Sequence record: KJ019146.1
Strand: one strand, 5' to 3'
Length of the DNA stretch: 64,000 bases
This document shows positions 30,171 through 39,449 of this stretch, one piece after another. Each line of letters opens with the position of its first letter. Positions within the stretch are counted from its first letter, which is position 1. Made by a program: the position numbers and the translations under genes. Under the pieces are notes generated by a model that saw only the letters and a program-made list of their open reading frames with translations, made no database searches and had not been told where the DNA came from.

Positions 30171-30392
30171 ATGAAACCAGCAGAAATTCTCTACGAAATG
30201 CAATCCATTCGTAAAGTCTGGCATAATAATAATTTCGTTATCAGTCCCGAACTAAACCGTCGCTATTGTGAACTTCTTAAACTCCGCCGTGAACGAGTTT
30301 CTCAATTCTATAAAGAGGGAAGGGTCGCTACAGGATCACAGACCCCCGACCTCAAAGCCCGAGAAGCCGCAAGACAAGCCGAGGTTGGTTGA
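30171..30392 (+). CDS. hypothetical protein
   Basis: First ORF after cassette promoter; ELLKLRRERV..FY. Confidence 0.65.
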   Translation: MKPAEILYEMQSIRKVWHNNNFVISPELNRRYCELLKLRRERVSQFYKEGRVATGSQTPDLKAREAARQAEVG

Positions 30393-30396
30393 GCCT

Positions 30397-30636
30397 ATGC
30401 AGGAACTTCTAGATACTTTCTATACAACTCCCTATGGTGATTTTGCCATTAGAAAGACTCGTTTCGGTGTTCATACCTCATATGATCGAGAGGGAACCGA
30501 TTTGGTGACAGGTTTAGAGTGGATTGACGTATTCACCACCACACCTTGTCACCTACAATGGGAGAAGGAGGGTTATAAACCCCCCGAAGGTACAGTTCAA
30601 GCAACCTATGATAGTGTAGTCTCTGGAAAACTCTAA
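30397..30636 (+). CDS. hypothetical protein
   Basis: ATG shortly after upstream stop preferred over track start 30268. Confidence 0.6.
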   Translation: MQELLDTFYTTPYGDFAIRKTRFGVHTSYDREGTDLVTGLEWIDVFTTTPCHLQWEKEGYKPPEGTVQATYDSVVSGKL

Positions 30637-30983
30637 TGGAAGATCGAAAATCACAACTATACAGTATCATGTATGATGCCATCAGTGAATTAACTGAGCA
30701 TGAGAGTGCTGAGGATATCTTTGACAATATTGTAGAGTATTTTGCTCTACGTGTTGAAGAAGCTCGTACTGAGGTTGATACCTACACGGATATGTTAAAT
30801 GTATTCCGTAAAGACAACCCAGTGAGAGACGTTCCTAGTGCAGATCCATACAAGAGAACTGAATGGGAACACGCATTTGGTGATATGGATGACATCAATC
30901 AAACATACATGCCATCAAACCAACACATCTGGAACGAGTTTCTTAAGAATATCAAATTCACGGACAATCAAGATACTAAATAA
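30636..30983 (+). CDS. hypothetical protein
   Basis: Coupled ORF, acidic. Confidence 0.6.
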   Translation: MEDRKSQLYSIMYDAISELTEHESAEDIFDNIVEYFALRVEEARTEVDTYTDMLNVFRKDNPVRDVPSADPYKRTEWEHAFGDMDDINQTYMPSNQHIWNEFLKNIKFTDNQDTK

Positions 30984-31003
30984 ACACTATCAGGAGAAAA
31001 GAG

Positions 31004-31201
31004 ATGACTACTGACCCAAACGATAAGTACGCTAAGTTCAAAGTACCATTTGGCACTAATGAACATCACGAAGATGATGAATGGGATCCCACAACTGAGG
31101 GTAAAATCTCTGATTGGCACAACCGACATCAAGATAAACTCTTAGATGAGTTTTGTGACACTCACCCAGGCGCACCCCAATGTAAGGTGTTTGACGATTA
31201 A
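31004..31201 (+). CDS. cp12: CP12-like protein (C-terminal C-x8-C motif)
   Basis: LDEFCDTHPGAPQCKVFDD matches the CP12 C-terminal motif; AGGAG RBS; TAAATA at 30977-30982. Confidence 0.65.
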   Translation: MTTDPNDKYAKFKVPFGTNEHHEDDEWDPTTEGKISDWHNRHQDKLLDEFCDTHPGAPQCKVFDD

Positions 31202-31253
31202 CAAAGTGGCACAAGACCACTTGACAGTACCACATTATTAGGTTACAGTACAT

Positions 31254-31442
31254 TTGTTCAAGAGGTTTCTCATGACTACCGTTGTTGATTCAGAGGTTAT
31301 CTTTGCTGACGCTTTCAGTGAAGATGGTATAGACTACGGAACTGGTTATTATGTAACTAAGTTCTATAGCAATGGTATGACCGACCTATTTGGACCATAC
31401 AATTTTGAGGAAGACGCCCTCAATCTTGCCACTGTTTATTGA
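31254..31442 (+). CDS. hypothetical protein
   Basis: Follows half-site plus TTGACA-17-TACAGT promoter; ATG at 31272 possible. Confidence 0.5.
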   Translation: MFKRFLMTTVVDSEVIFADAFSEDGIDYGTGYYVTKFYSNGMTDLFGPYNFEEDALNLATVY

Positions 31443-31617
31443 TTCCTTCCTTTTTATTATGACTTTTGACACCTACGAAGACGAAAGTATCTTCACTATT
31501 CTCGGTATTGCCGAAGAAGGCGAAGATGAAACAGAAAACCCTTATGTTACTGAGGATACTAAAACACTAAAAGAATATGGCTATTGATTTCTCGTTCATT
31601 CTAGGTTTAGTTTTCAT

Positions 31618-31947
31618 TTGGTTGGGACTAAATATCCGTATAGTGAGAGAGGTGGAATAGTGGATTTTAGGGTCACAGTAAGAACCTACACCGGGGCAGT
31701 TAGAGTTGTCGAGGTGAGCAACATGCCGGACGAGGAGGCTGCCAGAGCGGAAGCTGTTGGTATGACTTTCGGTAAAGTTCTGCAGGTTGAGTGTTTAGAT
31801 GAGATCCCAGAACAATCCAAACCTAAAAAGAAAAGAGGACCAGTTCAAGAGATTGAACGAGAACTTAGACCAGGTGAAACAGAAACAATCGTAACAGGTT
31901 ACAATAGCAACCCGTTGGCAGTGTTTTTCACTTTAGATGTTTTTTAG
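31618..31947 (+). CDS. hypothetical protein
   Basis: ORF track; true start probably downstream; TAAATA at 31629. Confidence 0.5.
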   Translation: MVGTKYPYSERGGIVDFRVTVRTYTGAVRVVEVSNMPDEEAARAEAVGMTFGKVLQVECLDEIPEQSKPKKKRGPVQEIERELRPGETETIVTGYNSNPLAVFFTLDVF

Positions 31948-31980
31948 GGGTTGACACACCCCTTTTTTTGTGCTATACTT
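31947..31980 (+). promoter_or_regulatory. sigma70-type promoter inside terminator-like hairpin (cassette element without palindrome)
   Basis: GGGG-TTGACA-CACCCC-TTTTTT-GTGC-TATACT. Confidence 0.75.
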
Positions 31981-32000
31981 ATACCAATCGCAGGAGATCA

Positions 32001-32267
32001 ATGGAAGAAAACATGTCGATTTCGACAGAACTTCTAACCAGCATAAACGACGCTATGTATGTTGCTACTAACAACGCAGCTACTTACATGCACAGTGATA
32101 GAGGTGCTGACGCTATGTGTCTCCTAAACGAGTGGACTACAGAGGATGGTGAATGTTTACTCACACAATATGCAAAGGGTGAAGTATGTGAGCACATGGG
32201 AACTTTCATGTTTATCAACCTAGAAGAAGAAACATGGGGTGAGTTTATTATATCCGATGATGAGTAA
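32001..32267 (+). CDS. hypothetical acidic protein
   Basis: AGGAG RBS then ATG at 32001. Confidence 0.65.
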   Translation: MEENMSISTELLTSINDAMYVATNNAATYMHSDRGADAMCLLNEWTTEDGECLLTQYAKGEVCEHMGTFMFINLEEETWGEFIISDDE

Positions 32268-32514
32268 ACTATATACTACAGACAATTATTCAGGTAAAAT
32301 GAACCTAACTGAACATCAAAAGATTCAACTCTCACAATTTATTCATGAGTCATTCTCTACATTCTATGAGGAGGAACTTAAGTTTCAAGTAGAAACTCTA
32401 AAAGATGATGATAAGTTGGATTGGACTTATACAATCACACCAAGAGACTCAGGGGAGATTTATGATAAGGTTCAGGAATTATTCACACTGGAAAGGCGTG
32501 TGACAGTCGAATAA
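32260..32514 (+). CDS. hypothetical protein
   Basis: Ends VTVE* within the 32499 palindrome. Confidence 0.55.
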   Translation: MSKLYTTDNYSGKMNLTEHQKIQLSQFIHESFSTFYEEELKFQVETLKDDDKLDWTYTITPRDSGEIYDKVQELFTLERRVTVE

Positions 32515-32580
32515 GTGGCACAAGGGGGGTTGGCAAACCCCCTTTTTGCTGCCATAATATACTCATACACACAAAGACCA

Positions 32581-32709
32581 ATGAACGTCCCCAACTGGCA
32601 GAAACACTCCAAGAAAGACCAGAAGGGTCGCGGAGTGAGCAAGGGTCAGATGAGAGCCCGCAAACAGGCTCTACGTGCCCTGAAGGCAAAGCTCCTTGTG
32701 ACAGTCTAG
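32581..32709 (+). CDS. small basic hypothetical protein
   Basis: MNVPNWQKHSKKDQK; ends VTV* within the 32697 palindrome. Confidence 0.65.
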   Translation: MNVPNWQKHSKKDQKGRGVSKGQMRARKQALRALKAKLLVTV

Positions 32710-32779
32710 GAAGTGGCACAAGCCCCCTAGGCAAGACCCTCAAACCCTGCTATACTAAACACATACAAAGGAAACCACC

Positions 32780-33190
32780 ATGGCTCGTCACTCTGAAGTT
32801 CTCATCCAAGGCACCGAGGTTCCCGGTCTTCGTATGATCGTAACCGTTCCAGTCGATCACACCTGGGCATCAGAAACCGCCGAGAGCATCTATGGATTTG
32901 GTGGCAACACCCAATATATCTGGCGGAAGTCTTGGGAGACTAACCAACCCGCCCCCCGTGGTGGTGGTGGTTCCTCCTCCTCTGGCATGGGTCCTGGAGC
33001 CATCCTGATGGGGATGATTGGTCTTATCCTGGTTGCTGGTATTGGTTCCGCCTTCGAGGGTAACGACACCCCCTCACAACCCTCCGTAACCCCCACACCG
33101 GTTGAGAGGACATATGTTCCCCAGGCACCAGCAGCAACACCCTCCTACGACAACGGTCCTTGTCTCACAGCTAACTTCGAACCTTGTTAA
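32780..33190 (+). CDS. hypothetical single-pass membrane protein
   Basis: Cassette leader/RBS; hydrophobic AILMGMIGLILVAGIG. Confidence 0.7.
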   Translation: MARHSEVLIQGTEVPGLRMIVTVPVDHTWASETAESIYGFGGNTQYIWRKSWETNQPAPRGGGGSSSSGMGPGAILMGMIGLILVAGIGSAFEGNDTPSQPSVTPTPVERTYVPQAPAATPSYDNGPCLTANFEPC

Positions 33191-33191
33191 T

Positions 33192-33365
33192 ATGAATGAA
33201 TTTCGTCCCCCACACCATACCACTACTAAAGAAGAGTGGGAGTTTATTTTCCAAACACAAATGCAAAACTGTGCCCAACTAAAGAACACAGAACTCCAAC
33301 GTTTTGTGTGTGTAGATAGTACGGGCAACAAAACTACCAAATACGTTATAGAATACAATGACTGA
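33192..33365 (+). CDS. hypothetical protein
   Basis: ATG right after upstream stop. Confidence 0.55.
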   Translation: MNEFRPPHHTTTKEEWEFIFQTQMQNCAQLKNTELQRFVCVDSTGNKTTKYVIEYND

Positions 33366-33648
33366 AAAAGAAGTAGAGCTACACTTTGGGAGTGAGTATG
33401 AGGCTGGCATTGACTATGGGGATAGTGATGATTCAGACATTTTAGACTACACCAAAGAAGTAAGTGTCACACTAACCCGTTCAGATTGGAATTGGTTTGT
33501 TACACTGATGTCAGACTCCGTTAATAAGATGGAGGCTGCAGTTTCTGCACAAGGTATGGATGCTGAGTCCTTCCTTTCTATTGATGTTCTTCGCACTATT
33601 CGTAATGAAATCGCAACTCAGAGTGGACTCACTCAATATATTGATTGA
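33358..33648 (+). CDS. hypothetical protein
   Basis: Overlap-coupled ORF. Confidence 0.6.
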   Translation: MTEKEVELHFGSEYEAGIDYGDSDDSDILDYTKEVSVTLTRSDWNWFVTLMSDSVNKMEAAVSAQGMDAESFLSIDVLRTIRNEIATQSGLTQYID

Positions 33649-33649
33649 G

Positions 33650-33922
33650 ATGCCAGTGGTGGCACCTAAAGGGTATCACTATGAGGCAGTAGAACACAAA
33701 CAAAATGTAGTGTCTATTTGGTTATGTGGGGGTCCAACATACCTCTACAAGATGGGAGAAACTGCTAGAACTATCCACTCCTTCTATAATATCAAGAAGA
33801 AAACCTGGTATGCACCTATCAACTGCAAGAAGCCAGGTAAGGAGGTATCAGTGGATAAGATACGACCTTACACATCAATGCAACTGAACTACAACCCTCT
33901 GGAGATGCTACTATATGGCTAA
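33650..33922 (+). CDS. conserved cyanophage-type hypothetical protein
   Basis: APKGYHYE..IWL..APIN.KKPGKEV..RPYTSMQLN; ATG 33650 preferred. Confidence 0.65.
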   Translation: MPVVAPKGYHYEAVEHKQNVVSIWLCGGPTYLYKMGETARTIHSFYNIKKKTWYAPINCKKPGKEVSVDKIRPYTSMQLNYNPLEMLLYG

Positions 33923-33957
33923 ATATATGTTATAATATCATAACATATATCACGAAT

Positions 33958-34179
33958 ATGAAGTCCAAAGACCAATACAAGAAAGAGTTTCAATTCACAC
34001 TGAATACATCCGATGATAAGATCGCGGAAGAGAATATTCTTCACGATTTCGCCAGAGAGGTTTCAGTTATTGATGCTTTCCTACAGGGTGGGAAGGTATC
34101 ACTAAAGGAGGCAAAACAGCGTATCAAAGATGTATACAAAGTGTGGAAGAACTCACTGAAAAACAACAACCAAATGTAA
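33958..34179 (+). CDS. hypothetical protein
   Basis: FAREVSVI..GGKVS; TAAATA at 33920. Confidence 0.6.
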   Translation: MKSKDQYKKEFQFTLNTSDDKIAEENILHDFAREVSVIDAFLQGGKVSLKEAKQRIKDVYKVWKNSLKNNNQM

Positions 34180-34566
34180 ATGGAACCTTTCCTGCGAATG
34201 GCTGTTGATGTAGCTGAGTCTTCACCTTCTAGAAAGAAGGTTGGAGCTGTTCTAATGAATAAGAACAAAGTTATAGCAACAGCCACAAATCATGATTGTA
34301 AATCACACCCTCTACAAGCAAAGTGGGCAGATCGTGTGGGACTATCTGAAAAGATCTACCTACACGCTGAGATATCAGCAATGATCAAAGCTCGTGATGA
34401 CTCAGACAAAATCGTTGTAGTTAGGCTAGGAGGACATTCTGGTCATGAACTACGACAATCTCGTCCTTGTCCTATATGTGAATCATACCTGAAACATTCA
34501 GGCATTGAACATGTATATTATTCCACTGGGAATAACAAATTTACCTATGAATACTGGGGGAAATGA
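34180..34566 (+). CDS. cytidine/dCMP deaminase-family zinc protein
   Basis: KVGAVL, HAE, RPCPIC. Confidence 0.85.
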   Translation: MEPFLRMAVDVAESSPSRKKVGAVLMNKNKVIATATNHDCKSHPLQAKWADRVGLSEKIYLHAEISAMIKARDDSDKIVVVRLGGHSGHELRQSRPCPICESYLKHSGIEHVYYSTGNNKFTYEYWGK

Positions 34567-34763
34567 TGGAAACGTTCACAGCAACTTGCACCAAAGACTA
34601 TGACAGGCATCACTATTCAGTTGTCAACAAAGACGGCACGAATAGGATGTTTAGTAGTTGGGAACTCGCACAGAGTTACTGGTGGCATACCAACAAACTT
34701 GGCACACTATCACACATCGATGTGATAGACTATAAAGAACAATCAAGAGGTTTTGGAGCATGA
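34563..34763 (+). CDS. hypothetical protein
   Basis: KDYDRHHY..SWE.AQSYWW; ATGA coupling. Confidence 0.6.
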   Translation: MMETFTATCTKDYDRHHYSVVNKDGTNRMFSSWELAQSYWWHTNKLGTLSHIDVIDYKEQSRGFGA

Positions 34764-34978
34764 ACATGTTGGGTAAACAATCAGAGACTGGGATGAAAGT
34801 AACCTTTCTTGGTTATATCCCAGAACAAGTGAAGTTCGCAGGATCTGACACACCAGACAAACTGAATACCACTACAACATATACCATTGAACAGGTAAAA
34901 CGATTCAACTCGTATACCAAGATCAAACTAGTTGGTGATGATCTGTGGTATAATTCAGTTCACTTCAGGATCACATAA
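34760..34978 (+). CDS. hypothetical protein
   Basis: ATGA coupling; YNSVHF. Confidence 0.55.
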   Translation: MNMLGKQSETGMKVTFLGYIPEQVKFAGSDTPDKLNTTTTYTIEQVKRFNSYTKIKLVGDDLWYNSVHFRIT

Positions 34979-35178
34979 TGGGGAACATTTATGAGCGTGA
35001 CTCTCACCGAGAGGCTATTGATTATGCTTTGATGATAAGTGAGTTAGAGGGAACTTATACTCACCTGAAGAGAATGTCTTATTTTGAGGATGCTGCTATC
35101 CTTGAAGAAATGAAGAAACGTTATTACAAACTCTATTTCCGTGCTCTACGTGAAGAGAGAGAAAAAGCAGAAAACTAA
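34978..35178 (+). CDS. hypothetical protein
   Basis: Coupled; ISELEG. Confidence 0.6.
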   Translation: MGNIYERDSHREAIDYALMISELEGTYTHLKRMSYFEDAAILEEMKKRYYKLYFRALREEREKAEN

Positions 35179-35196
35179 CCTAATTGAGGCATTTGA

Positions 35197-35505
35197 ATGG
35201 TGTTAACCTGGACAGACGAAGAGAAAGTAAACCTAACCCGTGCAGAGGTTAGTATTCATGGAGAGAATATCACTCCAGATAAACTAGACAACAAAACCCT
35301 ACCAACAGATATTCATGTCATTGAATATGAGATGGAAGGTGTAACTTACTACGACGCGGTTCGTGCATACAAAATGGTTAGCATCTTTGATGTATATCAC
35401 GATAAGCTAAAAGGTGGTGGTAAAGTTGTTAGAATCACCAACGGGTATGGTAGCATTAGACCTAACCTGTGGAACAACAATAAGAGTGAGAAAGGTGATG
35501 AGTGA
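35197..35505 (+). CDS. hypothetical protein
   Basis: KMVSIFD.YHD, YGSIRPNLW. Confidence 0.65.
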   Translation: MVLTWTDEEKVNLTRAEVSIHGENITPDKLDNKTLPTDIHVIEYEMEGVTYYDAVRAYKMVSIFDVYHDKLKGGGKVVRITNGYGSIRPNLWNNNKSEKGDE

Positions 35506-35677
35506 GAGGAAGGCAGAGGACTGGATTAGTGAGTGGAAAGGAATGAATGATGAGTTCATTGAAGAAGACACTATGTTCAGACTTGACATTCCTTCCAAGG
35601 AAAAGACACAAGAATGGATGAATCAGGAGAAACCACTGTTAAAAGTAAATCACTCAAAGTATTATTTTGATGACTGA
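35498..35677 (+). CDS. hypothetical protein
   Basis: ATG 35498 overlapping upstream ORF end. Confidence 0.5.
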   Translation: MSERKAEDWISEWKGMNDEFIEEDTMFRLDIPSKEKTQEWMNQEKPLLKVNHSKYYFDD

Positions 35678-35873
35678 AGAAGACCCAATGATCAACTGGA
35701 AACAGAAGATGATGAAACATTGCACCCACGATTGGGAAAAGCAACTATTACGTGAAGGTGCCACGTCATCTGTGACAGCAATGGGTATAATGTCACTAAA
35801 GAAACGATACAAAAGAATTATGGGTATCGATGATGATCCAAAGCCACCTGTAGTTCAGCACGCCTCCTATTGA
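35667..35873 (+). CDS. hypothetical protein
   Basis: Overlap-coupled ORF. Confidence 0.55.
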   Translation: MMTEEDPMINWKQKMMKHCTHDWEKQLLREGATSSVTAMGIMSLKKRYKRIMGIDDDPKPPVVQHASY

Positions 35874-35879
35874 CACTTT

Positions 35880-36284
35880 ATGAATAAGAACAAGCACAAT
35901 GAGACTGTAGGATCTACAGTAGAAAGATCAGACGAGAGGATCAAAGACACTGGGGAGGTATTCACTCCCCTAGAACTGTGTCGTGAGATGGTTAGTGAGA
36001 TCCCCTTATCTACCCTACAAGATCCCAACTCCACCTTTTTAGATAATTCTGCTGGCTGTGGCAACTTCCTCATCGCCCTCAGGGACCGGCTATTGGAATA
36101 TCATGAGTTATCACATATCGTAGACAATATGATCTACTGTGTGGAACTTATGGAGGACAACCATAGGGAAATATGTAAGACAATGGGTGTATCTACCGAT
36201 CATCCACACTATGTAAGGGCAAATGCACTGGAATACGATTATAGCTTCGGCAACCCCGTTGGGTTGGAAGGTTTCTTCGTGTGA
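35880..36284 (+). CDS. N6-adenine DNA methyltransferase N-terminal (SAM-binding) half
   Basis: GEVFTP (motif X), FLDNSAGCGNF (motif I), IYCVEL; ends DYSFGNPVG without NPPY; stop within the 36280 palindrome. Confidence 0.8.
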   Translation: MNKNKHNETVGSTVERSDERIKDTGEVFTPLELCREMVSEIPLSTLQDPNSTFLDNSAGCGNFLIALRDRLLEYHELSHIVDNMIYCVELMEDNHREICKTMGVSTDHPHYVRANALEYDYSFGNPVGLEGFFV

Positions 36285-36363
36285 CACCTGAATAACTGTC
36301 ACAGGGGGGCTAGACGCCCCCCTTTTTTTGTGCTATACTATTCTCATACCTAACAGAAATCTA

Positions 36364-38439
36364 ATGAACATCTACATGGTAACTACAACTGAGGGCAAAG
36401 TCTTCGGGGTGGGGCAAACTAAACGTTCATATGATGAACGACATAGGGATGGTGACTGGGCGAAGTTCCACAACTATCTGAAAGCAACCGGTGGTGAGAT
36501 GGTTCTAGTTCACTGGTGGGAAGATGTGCCAGTGGTTGATACTGACATCCACAAGTTCCTGAAGAAACAGGCTGGTATTCGCAAATATGCAGAGTGGTTC
36601 TCATATAAAGGTAACCTGGATATTATTGAAAACCTCATTCAGAATGAGTTCTTCAGTGACTACCAGGATCAAAGGATTGCCCTGAACCTAAAACCCTACC
36701 AGAGAGAGTTCGTAGCTAAAGCTCAGGCAGAATACCTAGAGTTTCTGTTAGCTGCCAAGTGTAGAGCTGGTAAGAGTGTCATGGTTCTATCTCACATTGT
36801 AGACAAAGGTCATAAGGTTAGCCTGATTGTTTCTAGATTTACTTCACCATCTCAGTCATGGGTTACTGATACTAAAACCTTTGATAGGTTTGAAGGTTTA
36901 GTAACCATCAACCTGAAAGATAAGGACTGGGAAGATCAACTCAACCACTGGTTAGATACTGATAAGCAGATCGTTCTGTGGTCTACTGTTCAGGGTGTAA
37001 TTCGTAAGATCAGTAAACTTCCCTCTGTGGATCTTCTGGTGTTTGATGAAGCCCACATTGGTGATAAGGCTAAACAGTTCACCACCCTACGTGAATCGAT
37101 GGGTGATACTCCCTGCCTGAAAGTATCAGGAACTGCCTATGATCAACTGTGGGATACTACAGAGGAGAATCGTTTTGTTTATGACTACTGGCAGGAACAG
37201 ATTGACGTTCAGAAAGGTATCATTGAACGTCCCAGGATGAGTGTGGTTCTCGCCAAGTATGAGTCAGATAAGTATTCTGAACTATATGGTTCTGACCCTG
37301 ACGCTATGAAGAACCTGTTCCTAGTGGATGGTGATGAGTTCGTGGATGAGTATTTGGTTAAGGAGTTTATCTCTAAGTATTTTGATAATAACCGTTCTAT
37401 TAAACCTAAAGATCGTCTCTTATATAACTCTAATCATATCTACATGACATTACCTTCAGTGAAGGCGTGTCACCTCTTCAAAGAACTCCTAGATTCTATT
37501 ATTCCCACTAAGGTTGTAACTGGAGATACAGGATCTGATTCTGATGATATCGATAAGTTTGTTAAAGAACATAACCGTTCTGTATGTCTAACCTATTCAG
37601 CTAACGTATTAGGAACTACCCAATCTCTCTGGGATACTGTTATCAACTGCCGTGAAGGTAAGTCAGTTCAGTTCTGGACTCAGTTCGCATTCCGTGCTGG
37701 TTCTGGTGATCATAACTGGCGGGTGATTGATTTCGTCCCCTCACGAGCATTAGAATCACTTCGTGAGACTTTCTGTCTCGCTAATGATCTAGACCCCACA
37801 CTTTCAGAGTATGAGTTCACTGACTTTGTTCCTATCCATGAGTGGAATGAGAAGTTTGAAACCCTCAGTGTAGACCAGGTAAATGATATCCTGGCTGCCA
37901 ACATTGGTTCTATTTCTTCTCTTATGAGTGGTGGAACTGAGAGTATTGATGTTCAATCTCTTTCATCGGTAGAGTTTGGTTTCTTTCAGGAATACAACAA
38001 AGAGTATACCAAATCCACCACTATCAATGAACACGATAACAATGGGGGAAGTGCTAAACAGTTAGTGAGTGAGAAGAAGAAGGGTGAGAAAACAGAGATC
38101 CAGCAGAAGATTAATACCATTAAGTTTATTCTTTCTCTCATCCCTGAAGTTATTGTAAGAGAACGATCTAATGGTAATAATGTTAATACCATTCAGGATG
38201 TTATTGACGCTGAAACCTATCAGTTAATCACTGGTGATGATACTCTGTTATCTGACCTGATTGAATCTGGTATTCTATCCTCAGCATCACTAACTCGTAG
38301 GGTGAATATGACTCGTATCAGTGTAGATTCTAGCCTAAAACAACAAGAACTCACTCAAGTTCTCTCTACGTTACAAGTTGCTACAGGTGTGCAACAATCC
38401 GTCCCAGTGGGGGTCTTTGATGATATGATTCTGGCATGA
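36364..38439 (+). CDS. GIY-YIG-like nuclease fused to SF2 helicase (restriction-type)
   Basis: NIY..GVGQT.R..ERH; AKCRAGKS Walker A variant; VFDEAH; VSGT; QFAFRAGS; ATG 36364 after cassette leader. Confidence 0.75.
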   Translation: MNIYMVTTTEGKVFGVGQTKRSYDERHRDGDWAKFHNYLKATGGEMVLVHWWEDVPVVDTDIHKFLKKQAGIRKYAEWFSYKGNLDIIENLIQNEFFSDYQDQRIALNLKPYQREFVAKAQAEYLEFLLAAKCRAGKSVMVLSHIVDKGHKVSLIVSRFTSPSQSWVTDTKTFDRFEGLVTINLKDKDWEDQLNHWLDTDKQIVLWSTVQGVIRKISKLPSVDLLVFDEAHIGDKAKQFTTLRESMGDTPCLKVSGTAYDQLWDTTEENRFVYDYWQEQIDVQKGIIERPRMSVVLAKYESDKYSELYGSDPDAMKNLFLVDGDEFVDEYLVKEFISKYFDNNRSIKPKDRLLYNSNHIYMTLPSVKACHLFKELLDSIIPTKVVTGDTGSDSDDIDKFVKEHNRSVCLTYSANVLGTTQSLWDTVINCREGKSVQFWTQFAFRAGSGDHNWRVIDFVPSRALESLRETFCLANDLDPTLSEYEFTDFVPIHEWNEKFETLSVDQVNDILAANIGSISSLMSGGTESIDVQSLSSVEFGFFQEYNKEYTKSTTINEHDNNGGSAKQLVSEKKKGEKTEIQQKINTIKFILSLIPEVIVRERSNGNNVNTIQDVIDAETYQLITGDDTLLSDLIESGILSSASLTRRVNMTRISVDSSLKQQELTQVLSTLQVATGVQQSVPVGVFDDMILA

Positions 38440-39449
38440 ACAAACCCCAAACCTTCCTAATTATCGGCGACCCTTCGGGTATCCATACACTTAGACTCAT
38501 TGAACGTGGTATTAGTCCAGACAATATCACTGTCTGGGAAGATACTACAAAGGGGATGAACTGTGTTAAAATGTCTAATGTGTCAGTAACTAACGATCTA
38601 GAGGAACTAACCGGTATGAAATTTGACGTTATTGTTGGTAACCCACCCTATGGTTCTGGTGGTAATGATGCCATTAAGTTTTTGAATAAGTGTGGTGATC
38701 TATCTGATGATGTTCGTCTAGTTCTTCCACTCTCTGTTCGTAAAGTTTCATCGGTCAATAAGATCAGACTTGATATGATTTGTGTTGAAGATAATAAACT
38801 ACCTGATGATACTTTCCCTGGTGGTATCAGAACTGTTCTCCAAAGATGGGTCAAGACTGATACATTGAGAGATAAGATTGAGACCTTTACTACACACCCA
38901 GACTTTGAGTTTGTGAGTCGAGACGAGGCAGATATTTGTCTTGGTCGTATTGGTGGTGGACCTGCTGGTAAGTTACATCGTGAGTGGTCAGAACGTGCTG
39001 ATGAGAGTCACTACTTCATCAAATATCTTGGTAAAGATGTAGAACGTAACCTCACACAGATTCAACCTGAACTCAGACAGATCGCAACCACAACGTGTAA
39101 CGGTATTCCAACATTAGCGAAGAATGATGTTGTAACCACCTACATCAAACACTTTGGTAGAGGTAAGATTGCCACACAGACAACACACCCAGACTTTGAA
39201 TTCGTGAAGAAAGGTGACCCTAACACCAACGTATTTGTGATGAGATCTGGTCACGCAGGTAAGGTATTGACAGAGGGTTATGATGATTATGAGTGGTCAC
39301 ATTACTTCATCCACGCCAAGACACCTGAGGTGATTGAGTCACTCAAACAGTGTGAGACTAAGTTCCGTGAGTTGGCTAAGATGACAAACGGTATGGATAA
39401 ACTATCTAAGCATGAGTTAGTAACAACTTATATGGAGTGTGACACTTGA
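38436..39449 (+). CDS. adenine methyltransferase catalytic half (NPPY) with duplicated target-recognition-like domain
   Basis: FDVIVGNPPY, RLVLP; TTHPDFEFV...SHYFI...VTTY twice; ends CDT* in the 39438 palindrome. Confidence 0.75.
   Translation: MNKPQTFLIIGDPSGIHTLRLIERGISPDNITVWEDTTKGMNCVKMSNVSVTNDLEELTGMKFDVIVGNPPYGSGGNDAIKFLNKCGDLSDDVRLVLPLSVRKVSSVNKIRLDMICVEDNKLPDDTFPGGIRTVLQRWVKTDTLRDKIETFTTHPDFEFVSRDEADICLGRIGGGPAGKLHREWSERADESHYFIKYLGKDVERNLTQIQPELRQIATTTCNGIPTLAKNDVVTTYIKHFGRGKIATQTTHPDFEFVKKGDPNTNVFVMRSGHAGKVLTEGYDDYEWSHYFIHAKTPEVIESLKQCETKFRELAKMTNGMDKLSKHELVTTYMECDT

Noticed and set aside
38880-39449. Diversity-generating retroelement TR/VR pair
   Set aside because: Both copies are in-frame coding, differences are not adenine-specific, and no reverse transcriptase is present
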